Below, piece after piece: positions 16,230 to 25,390 of a DNA stretch of 64,000 nucleotides (within the stretch, counting starts at the first letter, position 1; each line of letters starts with the position of its first letter). Location: positions 15,999 to 79,998 of IMG/VR virus record IMGVR_UViG_3300037418_002559; one strand, 5' to 3'. Position numbers and translations under genes: made by a program. The stretch is from a virus (taxonomy: Duplodnaviria; Heunggongvirae; Uroviricota; Caudoviricetes). Below the pieces are notes generated by a model. The model was not told the DNA's origin, did not search any database, and saw nothing but the letters and a program-made list of their open reading frames with translations.

Positions 16230-18632
16230 ATGACAAACTACAGAAAAGCAGTAACGACAACCGGACGGTTGTCGAGTGGAACATCTAATTTACAGAAGAC
16301 GCCGTCGGCTTCATTCAGCGTCATCAAGCACGCAGTAGCCAGACAGTTTGAGTTGATGAAGGCGGACCGGTTGTTCCGCGTCGATCTAAGCGCTACATCT
16401 TCTGAGGTGCTTCTGGTGAAGTACGCCACGAACGGCGTAGAGACTCTGTCGTCAAAACAGCGCGTAGCCGCTACCGGAGACATTCTCTGGGAGGCCTACC
16501 TCGCGGCGTTCCCCGAGGGCACCAATCCCATCTACCGCGAGCGCACTGACCACGATTGCTCCTGCTGCCGTCATTTCATCAGAACGATGGGCGGCGTGGT
16601 CGCAATCATCGACGGCGAGTTGACCACGATTTGGGATGGAGAGCGCACCGGCACCTTCTACGACACAGTGCGCGAGAGAATGGCCGAACTGGTGCGTAGT
16701 GCCGTCATTGATAACATTTTCCTGCACACCGAGAGTTCCGTCGGCGTGGAGAAGACCTTTCAGCAGTTAGTGGCCGGTACTAAGCTTTCTGAAACTGTAA
16801 CGCAGTTTGAGAAAGGTGGCGTTCTTACTTGGGAGCACTTCCACCTGCACCTGCCAAACGCCGCCGTGCAGCGCAAAGACACCATCGGTTCGGCCTTAGC
16901 AGAAACAAGGGCTGCGCACGACGTGCTCAAGCGCGGACTGGAGGAGCTCACGCTCGACAGCGTCGACACCGTTCTGGAGCTCATCGCGCAGAACTCGCTG
17001 TACCGTGGCGAGGAGCACAAGTTCGTGCTGACTGAGTTCCGCAAGCTGAAGGTGGCGTACGGTGTGGAGAACGCGGAAAGGCCGTCAGGCGTGGATGTCG
17101 GCGCTTCGGTTCTGAAAGCGGCTGACAAGATGTACGGCATGCTGGGCAGCCGCGACGTGGAGCTAGACCGAGCACGCGACCTGTTCGTCTGGGATCGCTC
17201 CGTCGCCCTGCCGCCCGCCGTCGTGCGCATCCGCAACTCCGCCATCGGTACGCTGCTGATCGACTTGTCCGCCGACGTGGATCTGACAGAGGCGGTGCGC
17301 AAGTTCGAGACGAGCGTCATGGCTCCGGCGAACTACAAGCGGCCCACGGCGCTAGTGACCAAGGCGATGATCGAGAAGGCGCGCGCCAAGGTGGAAGGGC
17401 TTGGCTACACGTCCGCGCTGGAGCGGCGCTACGCGCACATCGACGACATCACGATCAACAACGTGTTGTTCGCTGACCGTACCGCGACCAAGCTGCACAA
17501 GGACGCCTTTGACGCACTGTCGGCACAGGTAGCCGAGAATCCCAGAAGCTACGATCGGGTGACAGAGGTGCCAATCGAAAAGTTCTTGGCTGAGGTCATG
17601 CCGAAGGCACGCTCGTTGGAGCTTCTGGTGGAGAATTGCCATGTCAGTAACCTCGTCAGCCTGATCGCGCCGGTCGATCCGGGCGCGAAGGGCATGTTCA
17701 AGTGGCCCAACAACTTCAGCTGGTCCTACAACGGCGAAGTCACGGACTCTATCAAGGAGCGGGTCAAGCGTGCCGGGGGCAGCGTGGTCGGCGACCTGTG
17801 CTGCAGGCTGGCTTGGGACTACACCGACGATCTGGACTTCCACATGCAGGAGCCGGGTGCGCCCAGACTGCTGGGCGGCTGGCTTTCCGCGCAAGGCAAC
17901 CACATCTACTACGGCAACGTGCGCCAGTTGTCCGTCAACGGCGGCATGCTGGATCTCGACGCCAATGGTTGCGATGGCATGAAGCCCGAACCGGCGGAGA
18001 ACATCTTCTACGCCGACAAGTGCACGATGGCCGAAGGCGTGTATGCTCTGTCCGTGCACAACTACAGACGTCGTGACGGCGGCAACGGTTTCGAGGTAGA
18101 GGTCGAGGTCGGCGGTGCGACGCACAGCTTCGTCTACGACAAACCGCTGCGAACTACCGAGACGGTGCACGTGGCGAACATACACTACTCGCGGGACGCG
18201 GGCTTCCGCGTGGAGGCTCTTATTCCGTCCACGCAGACCAGCAAGGCGGTGTGGGGCTTGCACACGCAGACATTCCAAAAGGTGAACGTGGTCATGCTGT
18301 CGCCGAACTATTGGGGCGGTGCGCACGTCGAGCGCGACGCTACCAACTCTGACATCGCGCGCAGTCTTGGCGACTTCGGCGTCGGCAACAAGCACTACTT
18401 CTTCATGCTGGAAGGCTGCCGCAACGAGGGACGGGCGCGCGGGTTCTTCAACGAGTTCCTGTCTGCCGAGCTGGAACCGCACCGCAAGACCATGGAGATG
18501 GTTGGCGCCAAGATGCGCACGGAGGAGGCGGAGCGGCAGCTGTCCGGCTTAGGCTTCAGCTCCACGCAGCGCGCGTCGGTGCTGTGCCGGGTCAAGGGCA
18601 GCGTGGACCGCGTCGTGAAGGTGGTGTTCTGA
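16230..18632 (+). CDS. large hypothetical protein (800 aa), no recognised domain
   Basis: Long ORF with its own promoter-like element. Contains HDCSCCRHF. No family recognised by eye. Confidence 0.7.
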   Translation: MTNYRKAVTTTGRLSSGTSNLQKTPSASFSVIKHAVARQFELMKADRLFRVDLSATSSEVLLVKYATNGVETLSSKQRVAATGDILWEAYLAAFPEGTNPIYRERTDHDCSCCRHFIRTMGGVVAIIDGELTTIWDGERTGTFYDTVRERMAELVRSAVIDNIFLHTESSVGVEKTFQQLVAGTKLSETVTQFEKGGVLTWEHFHLHLPNAAVQRKDTIGSALAETRAAHDVLKRGLEELTLDSVDTVLELIAQNSLYRGEEHKFVLTEFRKLKVAYGVENAERPSGVDVGASVLKAADKMYGMLGSRDVELDRARDLFVWDRSVALPPAVVRIRNSAIGTLLIDLSADVDLTEAVRKFETSVMAPANYKRPTALVTKAMIEKARAKVEGLGYTSALERRYAHIDDITINNVLFADRTATKLHKDAFDALSAQVAENPRSYDRVTEVPIEKFLAEVMPKARSLELLVENCHVSNLVSLIAPVDPGAKGMFKWPNNFSWSYNGEVTDSIKERVKRAGGSVVGDLCCRLAWDYTDDLDFHMQEPGAPRLLGGWLSAQGNHIYYGNVRQLSVNGGMLDLDANGCDGMKPEPAENIFYADKCTMAEGVYALSVHNYRRRDGGNGFEVEVEVGGATHSFVYDKPLRTTETVHVANIHYSRDAGFRVEALIPSTQTSKAVWGLHTQTFQKVNVVMLSPNYWGGAHVERDATNSDIARSLGDFGVGNKHYFFMLEGCRNEGRARGFFNEFLSAELEPHRKTMEMVGAKMRTEEAERQLSGLGFSSTQRASVLCRVKGSVDRVVKVVF

Positions 18633-18907
18633 TGGAAAGAGCAGAGCAGGAAGCACCACTATACGTGACGTGGAAGCAGCGCGACGGCACGCTCATTCGC
18701 ATCAAGGACATGGACGACCACCACCTTTACAGTGCGATTCGGATGCTGGAGCGCAAAGCTGATTACATGCTGATGAAGGCCGAGGAGAGGCAGCGCGGTT
18801 GCGAGGCGGACGAACATTTCGATTACTCGCGCGAGCAGTTCCTGAGGCCGATCTACTTCGCCATGGTGAAGTTGGCCGAGGCGCGCGGCATCGACCTTGC
18901 GCTGTAG
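18632..18907 (+). CDS. hypothetical protein
   Basis: ATG overlapping the upstream TGA. Confidence 0.45.
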   Translation: MERAEQEAPLYVTWKQRDGTLIRIKDMDDHHLYSAIRMLERKADYMLMKAEERQRGCEADEHFDYSREQFLRPIYFAMVKLAEARGIDLAL

Positions 18908-18940
18908 CAGTTGCGCCAAAGGCGCGCAGAAAGGAGAAAC

Positions 18941-19315
18941 ATGAAAAGGAGCATGGATGAAAATCTTACAGTTCAACTCGCATACATCCACGGTCGCATC
19001 GAAGCCCAGCTCGAAGCCTACGCACAAAGCCTCGGTCTACCTGCGGCCCAGCTTACCTCCCGGATGGGAACACTACTTCTCGGCACGCAAAACGGGGAAG
19101 TCATGGGGCCTGCGCGTGGAGTGCCCAAGCTGCGGAGCGAGGCCGCCAAGGGAGGTGAAGCCATGGAACCGATGGCGGTGGCTGGCAGTCCACGTCGCCG
19201 AGCATCGGGCAGTTCAAAGGCTTACTGGGCAAAAATGACGCCAGAGCAACGAAGCAAGGAGATGCAGAGGCGCACGAAGAAGCGGCTTGCGACAATCAAG
19301 GCAAAAGCGGCGTGA
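18941..19315 (+). CDS. hypothetical protein
   Basis: AAAGGAGAAACATG context. Confidence 0.45.
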   Translation: MKRSMDENLTVQLAYIHGRIEAQLEAYAQSLGLPAAQLTSRMGTLLLGTQNGEVMGPARGVPKLRSEAAKGGEAMEPMAVAGSPRRRASGSSKAYWAKMTPEQRSKEMQRRTKKRLATIKAKAA

Positions 19316-19449
19316 AGAAGTGCAACTGCTGGGCCGGAATACTGGGCGCGGTGCGCATGACCACCAAGCTGCTGATGGCCGGTGCACGGTGGCAAGAAAC
19401 CACGCCGCGTTATACTAAGTTTGCAGCACAACACAAAGGAGAAACAACC

Positions 19450-19839
19450 ATGTTCGAGAAAGCATCGCGACTGAAACTACGCTTCCCGACCGCCGTCGGA
19501 AGCCTGACTGTGGAGGACCTTTGGGATCTTCCCTTGACCAGCAACCGAACCGTGAGCCTGGACGACATCGCGCGAGCCCTCCACCAAGAGTTGAAAAACT
19601 CTGAGGAGACTAGCTTCGTGGTGAAGACCAGCAACCTCAACGAGAGACTGCAGCTAGAGTTCGACGTTGTGAAGCACATTATCGATGTCAAGCTGGCCGA
19701 GGAGGAAGCAGCGCGCACCAGAGCGGCCAACCGCGAGAAGAAGCAGCGCTTGCAGGCGCTCATCGCGGAGAAGCAGGACGAGTCGCTCAAGGCATCTTCT
19801 GTTGAGGAGCTGCAGAGTATGGTCGAGGCGCTGGACTAG
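19450..19839 (+). CDS. hypothetical protein
   Basis: AAAGGAGAAACAACCATG, nearly the same context as at 18941. Confidence 0.45.
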   Translation: MFEKASRLKLRFPTAVGSLTVEDLWDLPLTSNRTVSLDDIARALHQELKNSEETSFVVKTSNLNERLQLEFDVVKHIIDVKLAEEEAARTRAANREKKQRLQALIAEKQDESLKASSVEELQSMVEALD

Positions 19840-19917
19840 CAGCGCCGCCGTCGCAATTGCGTTGCGTATTGTCAGAGTGGCCACAATAAGCGTGACCACT
19901 CTGACATTCTTAGTAAA

Positions 19918-20199
19918 ATGAGGTATGACATGAGCTTACAATCAGTACGCAAATGTGACGAATGCGCCGCAATACACGGCGTGGTCAACAACTGGTGGTG
20001 CGTGATAGCGTCGCCCAAACAGCCATTGTTCGTGACCTTCGAAGAGGCCGAGCAAAAGGCGCGGGCGGGTGACTTATACCGCGATGCGTTCAGGCTGGAC
20101 TACTGCAGTCACGCCTGCGTCGGCACGGCGTTTCATCGTTGGTTGGACACCGGTAGTGTGGTACGGCAAGAAAACCAGACTAGCGAGGAATCTGATTAA
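19918..20199 (+). CDS. hypothetical protein
   Basis: ORF track entry. Confidence 0.4.
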   Translation: MRYDMSLQSVRKCDECAAIHGVVNNWWCVIASPKQPLFVTFEEAEQKARAGDLYRDAFRLDYCSHACVGTAFHRWLDTGSVVRQENQTSEESD

Positions 20200-20201
20200 T
20201 C

Positions 20202-20681
20202 ATGCCACAATTGTTCTTAGACTGCGATGGTGTCGTAGCCGATTTTGATGGTTATTTTTTGTCTGTATTTGGTGTACCTCCAACGGAGGTTGAGATCACG
20301 CATGGTACGCAGTATCTGTATGCACTGTTGCAGGGGCATAAAGATTTTTACTTTAATCTGCCGCTCTTACCAGATGCAATGCAACTATACAGCGCGGTAG
20401 CGCATCTAAAACCAATCATCCTTACCGGGCATCCGAACACCAGTACACCAGCTTGGGCCATTAACCAGAAATTGCGCTGGACGGCGCACCACTTTCCAGG
20501 CGTACAGACCATCGTGTGCCCTTCTAAAGAAAAGTGCAAACACATGAAGCGCTTCGGTGATGTACTGGTGGACGATCGTTTGAAGTACATGCATTTCTGG
20601 ACTGAGGCTGGTGGAATTTTTGTGTGGCATACTTCTGCCGAAGAGTCCATTTCAAGATTGAAAGAGCTGGATATCTTATGA
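20202..20681 (+). CDS. HAD-family 5'(3')-deoxyribonucleotidase (NT5C-like)
   Basis: N-terminal FLDCDGVVADFDG (DxDGV HAD motif I), typical of NT5C. Confidence 0.75.
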   Translation: MPQLFLDCDGVVADFDGYFLSVFGVPPTEVEITHGTQYLYALLQGHKDFYFNLPLLPDAMQLYSAVAHLKPIILTGHPNTSTPAWAINQKLRWTAHHFPGVQTIVCPSKEKCKHMKRFGDVLVDDRLKYMHFWTEAGGIFVWHTSAEESISRLKELDIL

Positions 20682-21715
20682 CGGAATTACAGCTAGTAGC
20701 GCGCGAACTGGAAAAGGCTCTGTGCCCAGAGGACGTATTCGGCGTAGATATCAAACGGTCTTTCCGACAGCTAGTCAAAATCGTACACCCTGATTTCAAC
20801 AAGAATGCACTCTTCGCGCACGAGACGATGGAGCGGCTGAACGAGCTGAAGAGCATAGCCGATGCGCGGGTGGAGGCCGGCACGTGGGGAACGCGCTTGC
20901 CGTTTCCTTGGCATGAAGTAGTTGAGATTGGCGGCTACGCGGTGGCGCAGAGACCGCTAGTCGGCGACGTTGCTGACGTTTACGTAGGGATTGAATACGT
21001 CGTCAAAGTAGCCAGAAATTCAGACGACAACGATTTGATGCGAGCCGAACGCGCGGCGCTCTCGCTCCTGGCGAGCAAAGTCAACACGAAAGTAGCGGCT
21101 GCATTTCCCACGTTGCGAGGACACTTCCAGCAGAGTAATCGTGACACAAACGTACTGCGCAAAGTACCAGATGGGTTCCTGCCTGCGGAGGAAGTCCATC
21201 GTAGAATGCCGTCTGTAGACGGACGTGCTTTGGTTTGGATGTTCAAACGGCTGCTGGTGGCGCTGGAATGGGCACATCACTGCGGGCTTGTGCACGGGGC
21301 GGTGCTGCCGTCGCACGTCATGCTCTACCCGGACAACGACGGCACCACGACCAATCCGCATCCCTGCAAGCATACAGTGCGCCTGTTAGATTGGTGCTAC
21401 AGCGTAAGGTACGCGGAGCGTACGCGGTTGTCATCCTGGGTGCCAGCCTGGACTGCGCACTATCCACCCGAGTTATTATTAAAGCAATCGGTTACACCCG
21501 CGTCGGATATTTTCATGGCAGCCAGTTTGATTGCGTATCTTGCGGGAGGTATCGACGGCACAGAAGCGCCGCTGCGAGCAGTAATCGAGCGCTGCGTGCT
21601 GGCTGATGTTACAAAGCGTTATCAAACCGTGGCCCATGTATTCACGGATTGGAATGCGGCTGCCCAGCGTATATACGGGCCACCGAAATGGGTAGACTTC
21701 AACCTGCCGGAGTAA
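20678..21715 (+). CDS. J-domain fused to a protein-kinase-like domain (degenerate catalytic loop)
   Basis: J-domain FRQLVKIVHPDFNKN (HPD). Kinase-like YVVKVAR, RAERAAL, HCGLVHGAVLPSHVML (Asp replaced), RLLDWCYS. Confidence 0.65.
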   Translation: MTELQLVARELEKALCPEDVFGVDIKRSFRQLVKIVHPDFNKNALFAHETMERLNELKSIADARVEAGTWGTRLPFPWHEVVEIGGYAVAQRPLVGDVADVYVGIEYVVKVARNSDDNDLMRAERAALSLLASKVNTKVAAAFPTLRGHFQQSNRDTNVLRKVPDGFLPAEEVHRRMPSVDGRALVWMFKRLLVALEWAHHCGLVHGAVLPSHVMLYPDNDGTTTNPHPCKHTVRLLDWCYSVRYAERTRLSSWVPAWTAHYPPELLLKQSVTPASDIFMAASLIAYLAGGIDGTEAPLRAVIERCVLADVTKRYQTVAHVFTDWNAAAQRIYGPPKWVDFNLPE

Positions 21716-21725
21716 AGGAGCAAGA

Positions 21726-22178
21726 ATGCAAAGTTATTATGTTGTGAAGCAGGACCCGCCGTTCAATTGGAACTCCATGTTCGGCAGCGGGATAAGTATC
21801 GGCATGTTGATTTGCGTGGCCGTGTTCGTGGCTATCGGAATCGTACTGTGGAGTTTGTGGCTGGAGCCACAGTGGCGCGTTTGGGCCGCACACCAGAAAG
21901 GACTGGCTGACTTAGCTATGGCACGCAACGATCAGCAGGTGCAAGTGGCCGAGGCGCAGGCCAGGTTGGATGCGGCTGAGCTGAACAAGAAGGCCGCCGT
22001 TGTGGAGGCGCAGGCGGTCGCGGAGCAGATTACTGCGATAGGCGCGCAGTTGAAGGAACACGACTTGTTCCTGCGCTGGCAATGGATCAAGATGATGGAA
22101 GACGGCAATTCCGGTGCCCAAGTGATCTACGTGCCAACTGAGGCCAACCTACCGATTTTGGAAGCGAAACGACTGTAG
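21726..22178 (+). CDS. membrane protein with HflC/SPFH-like C-terminal segment
   Basis: TM MLICVAVFVAIGIVLWSLWL; coiled coil; RWQWIKMMEDGNSGAQVIYVP. Confidence 0.45.
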   Translation: MQSYYVVKQDPPFNWNSMFGSGISIGMLICVAVFVAIGIVLWSLWLEPQWRVWAAHQKGLADLAMARNDQQVQVAEAQARLDAAELNKKAAVVEAQAVAEQITAIGAQLKEHDLFLRWQWIKMMEDGNSGAQVIYVPTEANLPILEAKRL

Positions 22179-22194
22179 TACAAGGAGAACAAGT

Positions 22195-22383
22195 ATGTGC
22201 GATGTAGCGTGCGACGCGGAATCGTCAGATTCTACAAACATAAGAAAGACTACCCTGAAGGAGCGCGCCACCAAACGGCGCGAGCGAATTACCAAGGAGC
22301 TCAGCGAATTGGACGCCTTCTTAACCTACCTGGAAGCACACCCAGAATTGGAAGAATTCGCGGCGTGCATTAGTAGGTACTGA
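22195..22383 (+). CDS. hypothetical small protein
   Basis: AGGAGAA SD. Confidence 0.35.
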   Translation: MCDVACDAESSDSTNIRKTTLKERATKRRERITKELSELDAFLTYLEAHPELEEFAACISRY

Positions 22384-22426
22384 GGTTTAGCGCAGTTAAA
22401 TAACCAAGAGATAAGGAGAACTAGCC

Positions 22427-23377
22427 ATGGGCGGAGGAAGTTGGGATACAGGGCGATACACAAGCGCCAAGACTACAAGGGCTGCAAAGGGAGTGGATGA
22501 CTTCCACTACTCAAAGACAGCAAGCAAGACTCACAGCAATCTCGACCCGAAGCGCATCAGTGCCAAGCCGTTCGCCAAATTGGAAAGCCGTGATTCGGAA
22601 GAACACCCGCAGAGTAATCCGGTGCTGGTGTGCTTCGACGTTACTGGTTCTAACTATACGCGGGCCGTCGACGCGCAGAAGCGCCTGCCGAACCTGATGG
22701 AGCTGCTCGGGCGCTACTTGCCAGATCCGCAGGTTGCCGTGGCTGCGAACGACGACTACAACTCGGTTGGCGACCAGTGCCTACAGATATCTGACTTCGA
22801 GAGCGACAATCGCGTGGACGAGCACATACGCTCCATACGGTTGACCAGCGAGGGCGGAGCCAACGATGGGGAATCCTACGACCTCATGCTGTACGCGGCG
22901 GCGCGGAAGACGACAACCGACTCCGTGGAGAAGCGCGGCAAGAAAGGCTACTTCTTTATGTACGCCGACGAGCCAATCTTCACCAAGGTAAGCGCTAACG
23001 AGGTAAAGTCCGTATTCGGCGACGTAGTACAACGGGACATCCCCATTGCGGAGATCATCGAGGAGGTGCGGCGCACTTGGCAATTGTTCGTCATATACCC
23101 TATTGGCGGCTACAAGCACGCGCGCAACCAGTACGTGGAGCTGTTCGGCGAGGAGTCGGTACTGGATTTGCAGGACGCCAATCTCATCTGCGAGCTGATA
23201 GCCTCCACTGTCGGTCTGTATGAGGGGAAGGCCACACCAGTATCTTTGGTCACCGACCTAGTATCCGTTGGTCTGGACCGAAACGAGGCGTCCACCATGG
23301 TGAGCCACGCTCTTGTAAAAACACAAAGCAGTAGCACGTTATCTACATCCGGTGGAGGCAAGGCCGCACGGTTGTAG
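22427..23377 (+). CDS. von Willebrand factor A domain protein
   Basis: MIDAS-like VLVCFDVTGSN; AAGGAGAA SD. Confidence 0.6.
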   Translation: MGGGSWDTGRYTSAKTTRAAKGVDDFHYSKTASKTHSNLDPKRISAKPFAKLESRDSEEHPQSNPVLVCFDVTGSNYTRAVDAQKRLPNLMELLGRYLPDPQVAVAANDDYNSVGDQCLQISDFESDNRVDEHIRSIRLTSEGGANDGESYDLMLYAAARKTTTDSVEKRGKKGYFFMYADEPIFTKVSANEVKSVFGDVVQRDIPIAEIIEEVRRTWQLFVIYPIGGYKHARNQYVELFGEESVLDLQDANLICELIASTVGLYEGKATPVSLVTDLVSVGLDRNEASTMVSHALVKTQSSSTLSTSGGGKAARL

Positions 23378-23597
23378 CATTGTGAGTGAGCGCCTCTGCC
23401 ACGGTAGTACCTGTGGATTCTCCCCACGGCGGCGCTTTCTTGCTTTGGATGGGCGTAGAACGGTCATGCGCCCATCGGAGTTCCTTATTGTGGGAACCAG
23501 TTGCAGCGTGAACCCGAGGCGAACGGGGCGCGTCATGCTGCGCAGGCTGCACGTAGGGAACTCCGATGGTTGCATGAACAAACGGGAAGAGGACAGA

Positions 23598-24764
23598 ATG
23601 AGTAGAGCAATCTTGGTGCAGGGCTTAGCCTATGGCGATGAGTGCAAGGGCGCAACAGTGGATTTTCTTTGCCGTCAGCTACCGGTAGACTTGGTGGTGC
23701 GGTTCAATGGCGGTAGTCAGGCAGCGCACAACGTGTGTACGACGGAGGGAGCACACCACACGTTCAGCCAATTCGGCTCTGGCACGCTTGCGGGAGAACA
23801 CGTGCGGACGCATCTTTCGCGCTTCATGCTGGTTGACCCATTGACGATGATGAACGAAGCGGCTGCTTTGCGTGAACAACTGGGAGTGCAGCCTTGGCGC
23901 GGTTTAACGGTGGATCCTCGATGCGTAATCATCACACCATTCCACAAGCAGGTGAATCGACTGCGCGAGATGGCACGCGGATTGGCGCGGCACGGCAGCT
24001 GCGGGATGGGTGTAGGCGTGGCACGCGAATGGCAGTTGAAATATGGTGACGCCGTGCTGTACGCGGAGGATGTGCTTGACACCCAGAAGGTGACGGAGAA
24101 GCTACGATTCTTGCTGAACCTTGCTTGCCAAGAGTTTGGTGTAACGCTGATGAGCTACAGTGAGATTAATCTGCGTGAGCTTGCCTACACCTACGCGAAG
24201 TGGCCGGTTGTGCTCGACACGATGCCCAAGTCCGATTTGGCGGTCTTCGAAGGTGCGCAGGGCGTCCTGTTGGATGAAACGCACGGCGAAGCGCCTTATC
24301 ACACATGGACGGATTGTACGTTCAACAATGCGGACACGCTTTGCGCAGAGGCCGGTATTACGGATCGCTTCAGAGTGGGTTGCGCGCGTGCCTACCTTAC
24401 GCGACACGGCGCTGGGCCATTGCCTGGCGCTTTAGCGCACGACCCTGCTTGGCACCCAGCGGAGCCGCACAATGTCACCAATGAGTTCCAAGGACCGTTT
24501 CGCGTAGCACCAATGAACTTCTTCTTGCTACGCAAGGCAATGAGCTACATCGGCAGCCTAGATTGCCTAGCAATCAGCCATCTGGATGTGTACGGCGGCG
24601 GCGTACTGGACACGCGTTTGATGCACGATCTGCTGGGCGTATTCGAGCAAGAGCTGGCTACGCCTATTGGAATCAAGGCTTGGGGGCCTACCGCACTCAA
24701 CCGTGAGTTCACGCCAGCGTGGACCACGGCTTGGGCAAGGATCTTAGAAGAGGCTGCGCAATGA
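23598..24764 (+). CDS. adenylosuccinate synthetase family protein, short divergent form (PurZ-like candidate)
   Basis: GDECKGA corresponds to PurA GDEGKGK. VVRFNGGSQAAHN, FEGAQGVLLD, RAYLTRHGAGP. 388 aa versus about 430 for bacterial PurA. Confidence 0.75.
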   Translation: MSRAILVQGLAYGDECKGATVDFLCRQLPVDLVVRFNGGSQAAHNVCTTEGAHHTFSQFGSGTLAGEHVRTHLSRFMLVDPLTMMNEAAALREQLGVQPWRGLTVDPRCVIITPFHKQVNRLREMARGLARHGSCGMGVGVAREWQLKYGDAVLYAEDVLDTQKVTEKLRFLLNLACQEFGVTLMSYSEINLRELAYTYAKWPVVLDTMPKSDLAVFEGAQGVLLDETHGEAPYHTWTDCTFNNADTLCAEAGITDRFRVGCARAYLTRHGAGPLPGALAHDPAWHPAEPHNVTNEFQGPFRVAPMNFFLLRKAMSYIGSLDCLAISHLDVYGGGVLDTRLMHDLLGVFEQELATPIGIKAWGPTALNREFTPAWTTAWARILEEAAQ

Positions 24765-25069
24765 CGCCATATGCTGTTCTACTTGTAAAGCCAACCGATT
24801 CTGACGAGGTTATTCGGAAAACCTACCATCGTATCGCGGAGCGTAACCACCCCGACGCCAATGGCGGCGTTGCAGGCGCGCTGTGGCACGCCGCTACAGC
24901 GGCATACACGACTGTTAAGACAGAAGAGAAGCGCGAGGCATGGGCGCACAAACAAGCACTATTATCTGGCCTATGCACTGAGTGCGAAGGCTATGGCGTG
25001 CGCGGCACGCGGATGTTCAAAGGTAAGATTCGCGTTTGCGCGGAGTGCAAGGGGGAAGGACGAATATGA
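24761..25069 (+). CDS. J-domain protein with DnaJ-type CxxCxG zinc finger
   Basis: VIRKTYHRIAERNHPD; CTECEGYG...CAECKGEG. Confidence 0.6.
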   Translation: MTPYAVLLVKPTDSDEVIRKTYHRIAERNHPDANGGVAGALWHAATAAYTTVKTEEKREAWAHKQALLSGLCTECEGYGVRGTRMFKGKIRVCAECKGEGRI

Positions 25070-25359
25070 ATCATGATCTGTACAAAGATGGTGACACAGG
25101 CATACCAGAACAGATCACTGACCGCAATGGCCAAGTGGAGCTGGCTTTGTGCAAGCGGTGCGGCAAAGCCGAAATAGAATTGTCTGGGCCCTGCGTAACG
25201 GAAAGAGAAAAGGCGTTGCGTGAAGCTGCCGCCATTGCGTACTCGGCGGTGTACAGCGGCGACTATCCAAGCAGTGACACAGACGCGCGCGACGATGTGG
25301 CGCGGTGGATCGAACGTCGTATTCTTATGTTGGCTGATGAAGAGAGTGCGAAAGCGTAG
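25066..25359 (+). CDS. hypothetical protein
   Basis: ATGA overlap; CKRCGK. Confidence 0.4.
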   Translation: MNHDLYKDGDTGIPEQITDRNGQVELALCKRCGKAEIELSGPCVTEREKALREAAAIAYSAVYSGDYPSSDTDARDDVARWIERRILMLADEESAKA

Positions 25360-25390
25360 CGCGTTATAATAGAAGCAGGAGGTAAGACCG

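Noticed and set aside
17352-18482. 376-aa minus-strand ORF inside the 800-aa plus-strand gene
   Set aside because: It is entirely antisense to a long plus-strand ORF in a region where every neighbouring gene is on the plus strand. Its composition is Arg/Val/Ala-rich.
23598-24764. PurA homologue interpreted as ordinary host-derived purA salvage gene
   Set aside because: I could not exclude this, but I consider it less likely. The protein is short and divergent, and it sits in a genome with MazG, two deoxynucleotidases and a ThyA-like hydroxymethylase. It is kept as a PurZ-like candidate pending phylogeny.
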